This document shows, one piece after another, positions 1 to 9,663 of a stretch of DNA of 64,000 bases. Made by a program: the position numbers and the translations under genes. Under the pieces are notes generated by a model, which was given only the letters and a program-made list of their open reading frames with translations, was not told the DNA's origin and searched no databases. Location: the NCBI GenBank assembly GCA_009859145.1, contig VRVR01000057.1, positions 62,001 through 126,000 of the forward strand, given 5' to 3'. Position 1 is the stretch's first letter. Every line of letters begins with the position of its first letter. This DNA comes from Andalucia godoyi And28 (Eukaryota; Protista; Jakobida).

Positions 1-1375
1 CTTTCTCAAGCTCGATGCCATATGGGGAACGACGGAACCTGCTGGCCAAGTCCTGTGCTAGCGCATCCAGAGCAGCTCGCTCGTGGCTCGACTGCGCTTG
101 TACGGAGATTTCCTCTGCAGCACGCTCCGAAGAACTCTGGAATGTTTGGTCGGTGCGATCAGCTAGATCGGCAAGATCTGCTCCAGTGAAAGACGGCCGC
201 CGTGCGTCGGACCTGGATGCCCCAACTGGTCCACTGTTTTCGCGAGTCGGGTGGCCATTCTTTCTGATAGGAGTGTCGACAACGGCGCGGAGAAAATGAT
301 CGGCAGGATTTGCAAACCTTGGAACCGGAAGACCCACGGAGTCGAAGTATGCCGGAGATTCGGACACGGGTCCGAAGTACATGGTTCGACCTTCCGCGAG
401 AATACACAAATCATCAAACAGCTCCAAGAGCTCCCATGCTGGCTGATGGATCGTCATGATGACGGTCACCCGGTCTCGGATGGCGATGGATTTCATAAGA
501 GCCACGAGCTGAATCGCAGTGTACGAGTCGAGACCTGAGGTCGGTTCGTCCAGCATGACAATGCTGACAGAGTCATCGAGGAGCGCTTCGCTGATCGCAA
601 CACGTTTCTTTTGGCCACCAGAGATCTGGCTGATTAACGTTCGCTGTGACTGCAGCAATCCCAGCTCACGCAATACGCGGTCCACTCTCTGCTGCGTCCG
701 ATCTTTAGAGCATGCGTCTTCAATGTTGCGAAGACGCGCGGAGTAACTCAACAACTCTCGGCACGTGAGATTCTCCATCATGAGATCCGCTTGAAGGACA
801 TATGCTCCGCGAGAACGAAGAATGCTCGGCGTCTTGGTGTTTGGATAGTCATTGATGTGGATGTTCCCTGCAAGAAGACCTGCTCTCGCACGCCCTGCAA
901 TGACATTCAAAAGAGTCGTTTTTCCACTGCCGCTTGGTCCCATAATGGCCAAACAGCGGCCGGGCTTTGCATACCCAGATACATTTTTCAGAATGCACTT
1001 CACGTTCTCGGATGACCGGTCCCTATTCGCCTTTCTCGAAGACAAAGAGTGACGGACTCGATCTCGGACTGCGGTCGCCAATTTCCAAGGCAGCGGAGGA
1101 CCTGACGCTCCCGTACTCTTCGTGTGTACGCAAAAGGACACATTGTGCCAGTGAATCGTCAGTTCCTCCTTTGGTGTTGCGGTCAGCACACTTGGCTTCC
1201 ACACATGCTGTGCTTCGCCTTGAGGAGTTTCATGTGTCGGAGGGACGCCAGGAACATGGATCACGACGGAGTCCACTTGTCTAGCTGATACGACTGGATC
1301 ACCACCACCACCACCGGACCGACCAGTCCCTTCGCCTACCGTGCAGGTTGTCCAGCCAACGACTTCCTCTTCCAT
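1..1375 (-). CDS. ABCG-family half transporter, 5' part (runs off the window start; absent from the supplied ORF track)
   Basis: Hand translation of the minus strand from ATG at 1375: MEEEVVGW...LTIHWHNVSFCVHT...AIMGPSGSGKTT (Walker A, about 915-945)...SGGQKKRVAI (signature)...MLDEPTSGLDSY (Walker B, about 520-556)...TIHQPAWELL. It closely parallels the neighbouring 2469-4655 gene. Confidence 0.9.
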   Translation of the reverse strand, partial: MEEEVVGWTTCTVGEGTGRSGGGGGDPVVSARQVDSVVIHVPGVPPTHETPQGEAQHVWKPSVLTATPKEELTIHWHNVSFCVHTKSTGASGPPLPWKLATAVRDRVRHSLSSRKANRDRSSENVKCILKNVSGYAKPGRCLAIMGPSGSGKTTLLNVIAGRARAGLLAGNIHINDYPNTKTPSILRSRGAYVLQADLMMENLTCRELLSYSARLRNIEDACSKDRTQQRVDRVLRELGLLQSQRTLISQISGGQKKRVAISEALLDDSVSIVMLDEPTSGLDSYTAIQLVALMKSIAIRDRVTVIMTIHQPAWELLELFDDLCILAEGRTMYFGPVSESPAYFDSVGLPVPRFANPADHFLRAVVDTPIRKNGHPTRENSGPVGASRSDARRPSFTGADLADLADRTDQTFQSSSERAAEEISVQAQSSHERAALDALAQDLASRFRRSPYGIELEK

Positions 1376-1950
1376 TGCTCCGTATGATGACAAGAGAAGA
1401 AGGAGAACATAAAAAAGAGAGGAGAGGAAATACACACCTCGTTTGTGCATACGAAGTCCAAAACCTCACACACACACACACACACACACCTTGTATGTAT
1501 TGTATGATGAGTTTCCTGCTTGGCTGTTTTTCGGCACAATGAGAAAAAATTACCGAGTTTCCGCACAGTTCACTCGAAGCTTCCACGCGACTGCTGCTTC
1601 GGCCTTTTGCGGTTGTTATTGTGTCTGCGCGGAGCACGGAGTTCTGCTCAGACAAATTCTTCGAGTTCCGAGAGCTCCGTGCGAGCCGCATTGAAACTTG
1701 CAGACAAAAGCGCCCGGGGCCGTTGCCACTTATTGCGATATGATGAAGCAATCTAAAGCGCACGCAAACAGAACCAGTGCCACGCGCCATGCGCATGCGT
1801 TGGTAATCTTAATCAACTCTGTCACACGATGCCCGATTCGATTCGCCCCCATTTTTGACCATAAAATCCCTATAAACACGCCGCCGCGTTGCATTCTCGC
1901 ACAATGACGCTCATTTCATTTCTTTATTTTTATTGTCCGTGCAGCGCACC

Positions 1951-2366
1951 ATGTACGTCGCGCCCGCAACGCTGCGCAAGACCCATGACATCTCCACCGC
2001 CACCGGAACGATCCGCAGCATCCACGCCGGCTCCCATCGCATGCACTGCCTCGCCGACGTCGAACGAGCCATCACCACCTGCTTCGTTGCCCGCGACGTG
2101 CATGACGATGCGCTCCGCAGAGCAGCTGCCGACAAACTGTCTTCGACGATCGCCAAGGTATTTTGCTGCCCGTCGTGCAAATGCACGATCGACCGCGATT
2201 GGAACGGCGCGCGCAATATCTACATCTATCTTAAGAGCGTCTCTCATGCCGAGGGGCGCGTGGGGGCCTACCCCCCTTGCCAATCATGCTGTGCATGTTC
2301 TTGGGTTGCAACATGGATTATGGGTGATCGGCGATGATTACCCGTGGTTAGTGTACAATGTAGGCG
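1951..2366 (+). mobile_element. Internally deleted IS607/Fanzor2 (TnpB) element, copy E1: probable TnpA N-terminal remnant joined to the Fanzor Zn-ribbon/RuvC-III tail, plus a right-end omega-RNA-like module
   Basis: The ORF from ATG 1951 ends in KVFCCPSCKCTIDRDWNGARNIY, the TnpB/Fanzor C-terminal CxxC and DRDxNxAxN motif. It is followed by GGCCTACCCCCC (2265-2276) and GTGTACAATGTAGGCG (2351-2366), motifs shared with E2 and E3. The left boundary is not determined. Confidence 0.8.
2262..2366 (+). ncRNA. Putative Fanzor omega-RNA scaffold (E1)
   Basis: GGGG/CCCC stem around GCCTAC; GCCTAC is complementary to the terminal GTAGGC. A 10-bp hairpin ATGGGTGATC/GATTACCCGT (2320-2345) has two G.U pairs, and there is a CATGTT/AACATG stem (2294-2315). 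It sits directly 3' of the RuvC-III codons, where TnpB/Fanzor omega-RNAs are encoded. Confidence 0.6.
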
Positions 2367-2468
2367 TTCGTTTTCTTGCACGTAAAAAAAAAGGTGAAGA
2401 ATGAGATCGGAGAGAGGGGAGAAGGGCGGAAGCAAAGGAACACAGCATTGGACACTCCAAATATTTCT

Positions 2469-4655
2469 TTACAATGCAAATTCACCTCCGGATGGCGCTG
2501 CAGACAACGACTTGCTCGGATCCTTGGCTGCGGATAGTCTAGCAAACTCGAGTTTCTCATCGTCTTCCATATGTTGTTCGTCATCCTGAATGAGTGCACC
2601 CGAGGTCTTCTTGCCGTCGACGGCGTACCATAGCGCAAAAAATGCAAGGAGTCTGAAGCCGACCACCAACCCAACAAGGATGCCGACGCTTTGGGTGCTG
2701 TCAAACTCAAATTTCAGCCTTGCAACTGCCTGGCTTCCGGTAGTAACCGGACACACCCCCTTCACATACTGGCCAGGATTGCAGTGGAAAGTCATGTCGG
2801 ACATTTCAGCTCGGAACGACCCGTCGAACGCGTACATGACAAAGGAAAAGTATTTGAGCCACACAAACCACGGAGGAATGTCGTCGAGGTTCACGAACAG
2901 ACCACCGAAAATCATCGCAGGAATCATGACGATCGGCAACACTGCATTCGCAACATCGCCATTTGGAGACAGCGCAGAGACACAAAATCCGGTCGCAGTT
3001 GCTGCGAATCCCGCAAGCTCAAAGAAGCCCAAGATTGTGAAGAATATCCACGCCTCGGGTTGAAAACCGATCAGAAAATACGAAACCACTTGGAGGAGCA
3101 GCGGTGACAGGAGCTGGAATGGAATTTCCGCAAGCGTCTTGGACAAAAAGTACGGCAAAGTGTGGACCAAGCCAGCGGCGTGTTCCCTGAGCATGATCGG
3201 TTTCTCTTTGGGAAACGTCATGATGACTGTGGTGATGGAACCAAAGGCAACGTTCGTTACAAGCATGAACATCGCACCTGTCCGATTCTGCACACCGTTC
3301 TGATCGGTCCCAAGCTGGAAGAAGATCAGTCCAATAATCAATCCCATGATAATAAGCTGCGCAACTTTGGCGCGAAACACCATTGGCTCACGTGATCCCA
3401 TCAAGAACGATCGTTTCGTGAGCAATATGGACTCCGCAATAAGAGAGGGACGGTATGCTTTTGCCTCGGCAACAAGTTGATTCGCAGTGGCTTCTTCGCG
3501 TTTCCTGGCCGTTGTGATTTGCAGAGCATTCTCTGATTCTCCTTCGTTCCGGCTCCCATTTTCTTCGCCTTTTCCTTCAGCGTTAGCAGCATATGACGGG
3601 ACTTCCTTTTGCGAAACCTTTTCAAACTCCGGAAACCACTCTGAATCGCCAAACTGCTGCTTCTTCAACAAGGATGCATCCCATGCATCTGCAAGGTCCT
3701 TTGCCGGAACCTGCTTGACAAGCTGCAGCCAATAGTCTGCCGGATTTGCAAAAGGCGGCACTTTGTACCCAATCTCGGTAAAGTAGTTCACAGCATCTGC
3801 AACTTTTCCAAAGTAAATGCACCTTCCCTCGGCGAGAATGCAAACCTTGTCAAAGCTCTTTTCCAAGAGCTCCCATGCAGGCTGGTGGATCGTGCACACA
3901 ACCGGGTGCTTCTTCACCATTGCTCTCTTCTTCAGCAGCAAGCAAAGCTTCATTGCGGCATACGAATCCAGCCCTGATGTTGGTTCATCAAGCATCAGCA
4001 CTCGGACGGATGGTGCCAGAAGCTCCTGTGCGACCGCTACGCGCTTCTTCTGTCCACCGGACAGATTCGACGTAAACGTCGACCTGCACTTTTCCAAGTC
4101 CAGTTCATCAACGACGTCATCGACCTTCTTCCGGATGATTGCCGGGTTATCCGAGATGCCGCGGAGCCTCGCAGTGAATCCGAGTAGCTCATCTACCGTC
4201 AAATTCGCAAGCAGCAGGTCGTGCTGCAGCACATATGCACACAACGCAGACATCAGCTTTGGTGTCTCGGACGGAGAATGGTGCGACAGATTCACGGAGC
4301 CAGAAACCCACGACTTTTGGTTCGCACCCGTCGACATGTTTCGGCTCGACAGCAGGTTCAGCAACGTGGACTTCCCAGCACCAGACGTTCCCAGCAGCGC
4401 GAGCGTCTCTCCTGGTTCGACCACCCCAGACAGCCCTCTTAAGATGTGCTTTCGCGACTCGGACGCGTTCGATCCGCCAGAACCGGCATTCGCAGAAACC
4501 TTCTCAGAGCTCGCGCTCGGGTTCAGCGTTGCGCTCGTCTGCACTGCAAACCGTACATTGTGCCAGTGTAGCGTCAGCCCATCGTCATCGTCATGCGGCA
4601 CTCCACCGCCAGACGAGTGATGGTCCGACTTGTGCTCATCATTTGTAGCAGCCAT
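2469..4655 (-). CDS. ABCG (White-like) half transporter, 728 aa
   Basis: GTSGAGKSTLL, LSGGQKKRV, MLDEPTSGLDS, C-terminal ABC2 membrane domain with about 6 TM segments. Confidence 0.95.
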   Translation of the reverse strand: MAATNDEHKSDHHSSGGGVPHDDDDGLTLHWHNVRFAVQTSATLNPSASSEKVSANAGSGGSNASESRKHILRGLSGVVEPGETLALLGTSGAGKSTLLNLLSSRNMSTGANQKSWVSGSVNLSHHSPSETPKLMSALCAYVLQHDLLLANLTVDELLGFTARLRGISDNPAIIRKKVDDVVDELDLEKCRSTFTSNLSGGQKKRVAVAQELLAPSVRVLMLDEPTSGLDSYAAMKLCLLLKKRAMVKKHPVVCTIHQPAWELLEKSFDKVCILAEGRCIYFGKVADAVNYFTEIGYKVPPFANPADYWLQLVKQVPAKDLADAWDASLLKKQQFGDSEWFPEFEKVSQKEVPSYAANAEGKGEENGSRNEGESENALQITTARKREEATANQLVAEAKAYRPSLIAESILLTKRSFLMGSREPMVFRAKVAQLIIMGLIIGLIFFQLGTDQNGVQNRTGAMFMLVTNVAFGSITTVIMTFPKEKPIMLREHAAGLVHTLPYFLSKTLAEIPFQLLSPLLLQVVSYFLIGFQPEAWIFFTILGFFELAGFAATATGFCVSALSPNGDVANAVLPIVMIPAMIFGGLFVNLDDIPPWFVWLKYFSFVMYAFDGSFRAEMSDMTFHCNPGQYVKGVCPVTTGSQAVARLKFEFDSTQSVGILVGLVVGFRLLAFFALWYAVDGKKTSGALIQDDEQHMEDDEKLEFARLSAAKDPSKSLSAAPSGGEFAL

Positions 4656-4755
4656 TCTCAGTCCTCTCGGATCACTTCACTTCAAACTCTCTCCAGGAAT
4701 CAAATGAATATGAAGAAAATAGAAAGGGAATAGAAAGAGGAAGAAAATAGGAAGC

Positions 4756-4819
4756 ACGAAACGAAACGAAACGAAACGAAACGAAACGAAACGAAACGAA
4801 ACGAAACGAAACGAAACGA
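4756..4819 (+). repeat. (ACGAA)n pentanucleotide microsatellite, about 12 units
   Basis: Directly visible, about 100 bp upstream of the ABCG start codon. Confidence 0.95.
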
Positions 4820-5269
4820 TCAAATTGAAATCGGATCAGAAATGAAAAACAGTATTTTATAGAGAAACGGGTAAAACCGAAAAAGGGCGAGATGCCGTAT
4901 ACCGTAGATAATGCCGCGTCCTGCGTCTTATCGGCATTTTCTCCTCGGCGATTTCTTTTTACTTTTTTGATGACCACAAAACCAGACATCAACTTGTGCG
5001 GCAGAATGTTTCTGTGTGTACAGACGGCAGAGCAGCAAGGTTTTTTAATAAAAAATTAATATGGTAACGAATGATGATGCTGAAACGACACAGAGAGTGT
5101 CACCGGTATCCTATGTAAGAACTCATATTCTTTCAATTTATTTATTTATTTATTTATTTTTGTAGGGGGGGGGGGGACAGTAGAACAGAGGCGGGCGACG
5201 GCTATGGTTGAGAGAGAGTGTGTGTGCGTCAAGGTCTGGAAAATCCAATCGATCGTCCGCAGTCAGTGA

Positions 5270-8200
5270 TCACTTGCGGCAGGAGACTCCAAACCGGGAA
5301 ATACACATGTTTGAAGAGGTCTCGAAATCAGAGTCGTGGCACAGGATTGACCGGCAATGTGGGCAAAACTCCACATCGGAGCGCAAAAGCGCGCTTGAAA
5401 TTCGTACTGGCCGTGTAAAGATCTCCCATCGATCCAGGCGCACAAGATACAGCAAGGGCTCTTCTTCTGAGCAAGATGGAGACGCAATACGGTCGGTCGA
5501 TCTGGTGGTGCTTTGCAGATCCGATAGCGTCGTTCGAGCAGCAAGCCTGGGAGGAGGTATGACACCGTTCATCAGCGCTGTGTAGTATGCAACTGGAAGG
5601 AAAAATCGCAGTGACCAGTCAGGTAACACTTGAACACAGCTCAGCAGCTGATCATGCGAGCCGTTGGCAGCCAAAACGGACATGAATTCATCTCGGGATT
5701 CTGAAAATTGCAGTTTTGAAGCGGTAGAAGAGCCCGACCTGACAATGACTAAGCCCAGTCTGCAGTTTTCGGGCTCAAATAAACGAATATTCGTGAAAAA
5801 CTCAGCATTTAAACGGTTGTCACCCGTCAGAAAGAGTTCCACAAGTTGTTCTCGACGCCTGCACATAACAGAATCTGCAAACACAACAGCGACTTGAAGG
5901 TCGATTGAGGAATACGGGATGGCAAAAGGTGTTTTCTTCCGGGCGGTGCGCACTGCAGCAGCATTCGAATACGACTTCACATCAGGACACGTTCGCACCA
6001 TCCAGCTGGACCCGCCGTCTTCACACAAGCCGTCCAAGAGGCAGGCGACGACGTGGATGGGAAATCTCTGCAACATCCCCACATGGTCGAAAACTCGAAC
6101 AAGCCCGACAGCGTTCCCTGTAGAGGCCATCCGATGTCGAAGCAGCGCAGGGTCTCTCATAACTGCAGTATCATCGTCTCTGTGGCGCTCTGGAGGATAC
6201 AAATAGGCAAAAACAATGTCTCGAATCCATTCTGAAAACCGCGAGCGAATCGCTTCAGTTATATCCGATTTGGAATACGAGGCTGCTGAAAACGAAGAGG
6301 CTGCAGAAGAAGCGGCGGAGATCGTGGTCGGGGCAGGGCCAGGAAGTTTGCGATACACAAGAGACGTCGAAGTTGCAAAAGGAAGTCGGTCACCGCCAGT
6401 CTCCAGAATTTGGTAATTGAGAAACGCTTTCACCTCCTGAATGGAAGTACACCTAAGATACGCCCACAAATAGCGTTTGTTAACGTCAGAAATAGATGAA
6501 GTATCCATGGAGCGGACGTCGCAAGAATGTACAAAAAAACTTTCCGAGAAGCATGGAACAGTAGAAACAACACCGCCAGTGCGCAGCAGTCGATATGATT
6601 CAACAAGGGGACTGAGAAGTCCATAACGGTCTGCCTCAAAGCCAAAACAGATTAGATCCATCTGTGAGTCGGAGGTCGTGGGAAACTGCGAAAAATGCAA
6701 AGCCCAATCGCCGAGAAAAAAGGAAAATGTCGCTACGGTCTTGAATTTTCGTCCGCTTTCAATTATCTCTGGATTGATGGACAACTTTGGACATAAGCTA
6801 ATGCAGTGCAGAGGAATGAAAGAATCCGGAACAAATTTAAACCGTTTTTGCTTGTCGATAGCGGCGCACAAAAAGAAGATTGCTTCTGCCAGAGTAGTGA
6901 CTTGCATGTCAAATGCAACTTCATCGGGAGGGCTGAAAGGATGCCCAGTATCTCCATAGTGAGCAGCATAATCATCGATATCTTCATCCGCTTCGCCTTC
7001 TTCGTCCTCATCAGCATCGCTGCCTTCGTCACTGAACGCATCATCACTGTCCTCCTCGTCTGTCGAGTCTTCGGTTGCTTCTTCAGAATTCAAATCGTCC
7101 CTCGGTTCAGAGCCATTCTGAGCATTGGCAGAATCGCTGGTATTCCCACCAACAGGATTTGCAAACGACTGGGGCGAAGGACGGATTCCAGAAAATCCTG
7201 AAACTTCAAGGTTGAAGAGGTCGCCATAGGGCTTGCAAAAACTGAAAGGAGAGAATACATGTTGTTCCTCTTCCAGCTCGACAGGAGATCGCAATCGATC
7301 GAACTTGATGGAAAAAGAAGAAGGCCCAAAGTGGCAGAATGGGTCATAAGACCGATACCTATGGAGAGGATTCCTCACAAACCTCAGGTCTGAGACATTT
7401 CGTGGAGTAGCCGATCGCTCCGCGAACGTCCATAACGGAAACAAGTACGTTCTCTTAAAAAAATGCTCAATGGACTCCATTCCTTGCCTGCGGCAGTCAA
7501 TCTTCTTGATTGTCTTTGACGAGAAATCCGGCAACAGCGTTCGGACGGGAAAGTTGGCAGTGATGTGTCCCGCTTGAAACGACGAACAGCAAGAAGAGAG
7601 ATCGCTGCGCACACTATCGTCTCCTGGCAACAGCGAGAACTTTGGAAGATCACCATTGTTAATCCAACTTTGGAACAACAGCTTCATTGCCTCCTTCGTC
7701 TTGGAGTCCAGAAACGAGATCGCGTCTGCGTACGCATCTGAATTTTGAACAAATTTCTGTGCCACGGTCCTCGCTAGTTCGAAGGTGTCTGTTGGAACAT
7801 GCGATGCATACCAAAATGTCAGAATTGTGTGAGCAAAGCGCATTAAGCGCGGAGAGTGTGCAGAACTGAAGAACTGCCGATGTTCACTCGGAGACAGTGT
7901 GTCCGGAACAACGTTCAGCCATTCTTGGGCAGCACAGACAATGAACAGCGATCTAGCAAGCACGACCGGATGCTCATGACTAATGAACATTTCCAGTTTT
8001 CCTCCCTGCGGAAAGTCTTCGTCCAGCACGCAGAATAACAAGTTTGAGAGGACTTCTTTCAGATCTTGGCAGTTCACAAAAGCCATTCTCACGTGCCTGG
8101 GCTTCACACTGCCCCTGCTTGCCGACGACGATCTGCTTTTTGAAGACGACTTTTTGGCAACATGTCGCATACTCTCTCTAGAAGCATAGTCTATTGTGGA

Positions 8201-8653
8201 CGACGCGGAGTGCAATAGAACAGGATCAATCCGCGGCAACGGGAGCACCGATGGCCGTTTCTGAAATTCCGGAAACTGGCACGCGCTTCCAGAGCCTGTA
8301 GACGCGGAAAGGACCCGCGTTTGAGAAACACGGACTATTTCTAATCGATTTTGCAGTCTCTTGAACATCTCGCGTTTCCCATCGTCCCATTGAAGCGATC
8401 CCGGATATCTCTTCATATGCTGGTCCAACACGGAAAGTTCCGTTTCGCACTGTGTGTACTCTGCGGTCTCGAACAGAAGCCGTGCTCCTTTGAGCTTCAG
8501 ATGAACAAACTTGTCCGGATTCAATTTGGACGCTAAAATGAACTTTTCTGCTGCAAGATGCATCGAATGAGGCTTCTTCAACAGCTCTTCAGCTTGCAGT
8601 TCCAGCCTTTCACCTTCCTGAGACAACTCCGAGGCAGACAAGAACTGCGCCAT
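5270..8653 (-). CDS. Uncharacterised 1127-aa protein: N-terminal TPR-like helices, DUF4470-like segment, acidic tract
   Basis: Long ORF with ATG. AEKFILASKLNP and KGARLLFETAEYTQC are TPR-like; HPVVLARSLFIVC resembles DUF4470; central D/E-rich stretch; C-terminal CPHC. Domain calls are from memory of motifs. Confidence 0.7.
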   Translation of the reverse strand: MAQFLSASELSQEGERLELQAEELLKKPHSMHLAAEKFILASKLNPDKFVHLKLKGARLLFETAEYTQCETELSVLDQHMKRYPGSLQWDDGKREMFKRLQNRLEIVRVSQTRVLSASTGSGSACQFPEFQKRPSVLPLPRIDPVLLHSASSTIDYASRESMRHVAKKSSSKSRSSSASRGSVKPRHVRMAFVNCQDLKEVLSNLLFCVLDEDFPQGGKLEMFISHEHPVVLARSLFIVCAAQEWLNVVPDTLSPSEHRQFFSSAHSPRLMRFAHTILTFWYASHVPTDTFELARTVAQKFVQNSDAYADAISFLDSKTKEAMKLLFQSWINNGDLPKFSLLPGDDSVRSDLSSCCSSFQAGHITANFPVRTLLPDFSSKTIKKIDCRRQGMESIEHFFKRTYLFPLWTFAERSATPRNVSDLRFVRNPLHRYRSYDPFCHFGPSSFSIKFDRLRSPVELEEEQHVFSPFSFCKPYGDLFNLEVSGFSGIRPSPQSFANPVGGNTSDSANAQNGSEPRDDLNSEEATEDSTDEEDSDDAFSDEGSDADEDEEGEADEDIDDYAAHYGDTGHPFSPPDEVAFDMQVTTLAEAIFFLCAAIDKQKRFKFVPDSFIPLHCISLCPKLSINPEIIESGRKFKTVATFSFFLGDWALHFSQFPTTSDSQMDLICFGFEADRYGLLSPLVESYRLLRTGGVVSTVPCFSESFFVHSCDVRSMDTSSISDVNKRYLWAYLRCTSIQEVKAFLNYQILETGGDRLPFATSTSLVYRKLPGPAPTTISAASSAASSFSAASYSKSDITEAIRSRFSEWIRDIVFAYLYPPERHRDDDTAVMRDPALLRHRMASTGNAVGLVRVFDHVGMLQRFPIHVVACLLDGLCEDGGSSWMVRTCPDVKSYSNAAAVRTARKKTPFAIPYSSIDLQVAVVFADSVMCRRREQLVELFLTGDNRLNAEFFTNIRLFEPENCRLGLVIVRSGSSTASKLQFSESRDEFMSVLAANGSHDQLLSCVQVLPDWSLRFFLPVAYYTALMNGVIPPPRLAARTTLSDLQSTTRSTDRIASPSCSEEEPLLYLVRLDRWEIFTRPVRISSALLRSDVEFCPHCRSILCHDSDFETSSNMCISRFGVSCRK

Positions 8654-9258
8654 CTCTTCGCACTGATTAAAAACCTGAAAAGGCCGGGGGACACTAAACA
8701 GATGTAAAATAAATAACGTAATATTTCAACGTAAAAATATATTGCTTTGTAATCAGCACTAGCCAATGCTGTGCTTAGAAAAGCGCAAGTGTGAACTTTT
8801 TATCACTCGTGACTCCAATGTCAGTGAAGGAAAATTCCCTTGGCTCCCGCGAGCGCCTTGTCTGCCGTACGGCTGCTCGGTACTACAGTAATTATTTCTC
8901 ATCCGCTCGCCACAACATGAATCATTGTTGGTTATTGGATAAGCTGTCCCTGAAGACAGATCCAAGCCGCTTGTTTTTTGTCTTTTTGCTTTTATGATTT
9001 GAAGCGAGCACCACCTCTTCAGTGCACATTGCTGTGCATCAAAGGGGCATCGCGCGACCAACATATTCCCGAATCTTCAAAAATGAACGTTGGAGGAAAC
9101 AGCAAGTGGTCGGCGGCGTTGCACATCGCATGCGCAATTCCAAAGTGAAGAATAAAAAGAAACTCTGGACTTGACTTCGGTAAGAACATCGCGTCCCCAT
9201 AGGGTTAGATAAACAAACTTCTTGTATGATGTTCAAGCACAAAACGGTCATCCGTCTG

Positions 9259-9263
<5 letters not shown>

Positions 9264-9350
<87 letters not shown>
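9264..9350 (+). repeat. (CT)n microsatellite, about 43 units
   Basis: Directly visible; it explains the poly-RE and poly-SL spurious ORFs. Confidence 0.97.
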
Positions 9351-9352
<2 letters not shown>

Positions 9353-9663
9353 GCAAATCCTCACATTCTGCTCGGATGGCGGGTACCACGGATTGTGGAT
9401 GTCCATCACCGTGGCAGCCTTGTCCTTCAGAATGTCCCGGACGGACCTCCTCAGTGTCCACCGCCTTTGCAAGAAACCAGCAAAAGCATTTTTCGATATG
9501 TTGCCTCTCTCGTTGCGTTTCGCTAACGATCTTCGTACTTGCTCCTGTTTATTTTTGGAGATACAGCGCTCGTTCTCAATGAGAGCAGTTACTGTCTGCA
9601 CTAGTGTACGCTGCGGGTAACAACATGTTTGGTTCTTATGCCGAACGGAATGCACATGGTTCT

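Noticed and set aside
1760-1950. Left end or terminal inverted repeats for E1, and target-site duplications for any copy
   Set aside because: No convincing match to the E2/E3 upstream block, no TIRs and no TSDs seen. Their absence fits IS607-type elements but gives no positive boundary.
1951-2366. An active mini-nuclease, or a group I intron (IStron), in the Fanzor relics
   Set aside because: RuvC-I/II catalytic residues and the recognition lobe are missing, E3 is frameshifted, and the copies are too short and intergenic for a group I core
9039-9655. ORFs with poly-RE or poly-SL tracts
   Set aside because: They are translations of the (CT)n microsatellite. The DIHNPWYPPSEQ word faintly recalls a SNF2 helicase motif but has no supporting motifs.
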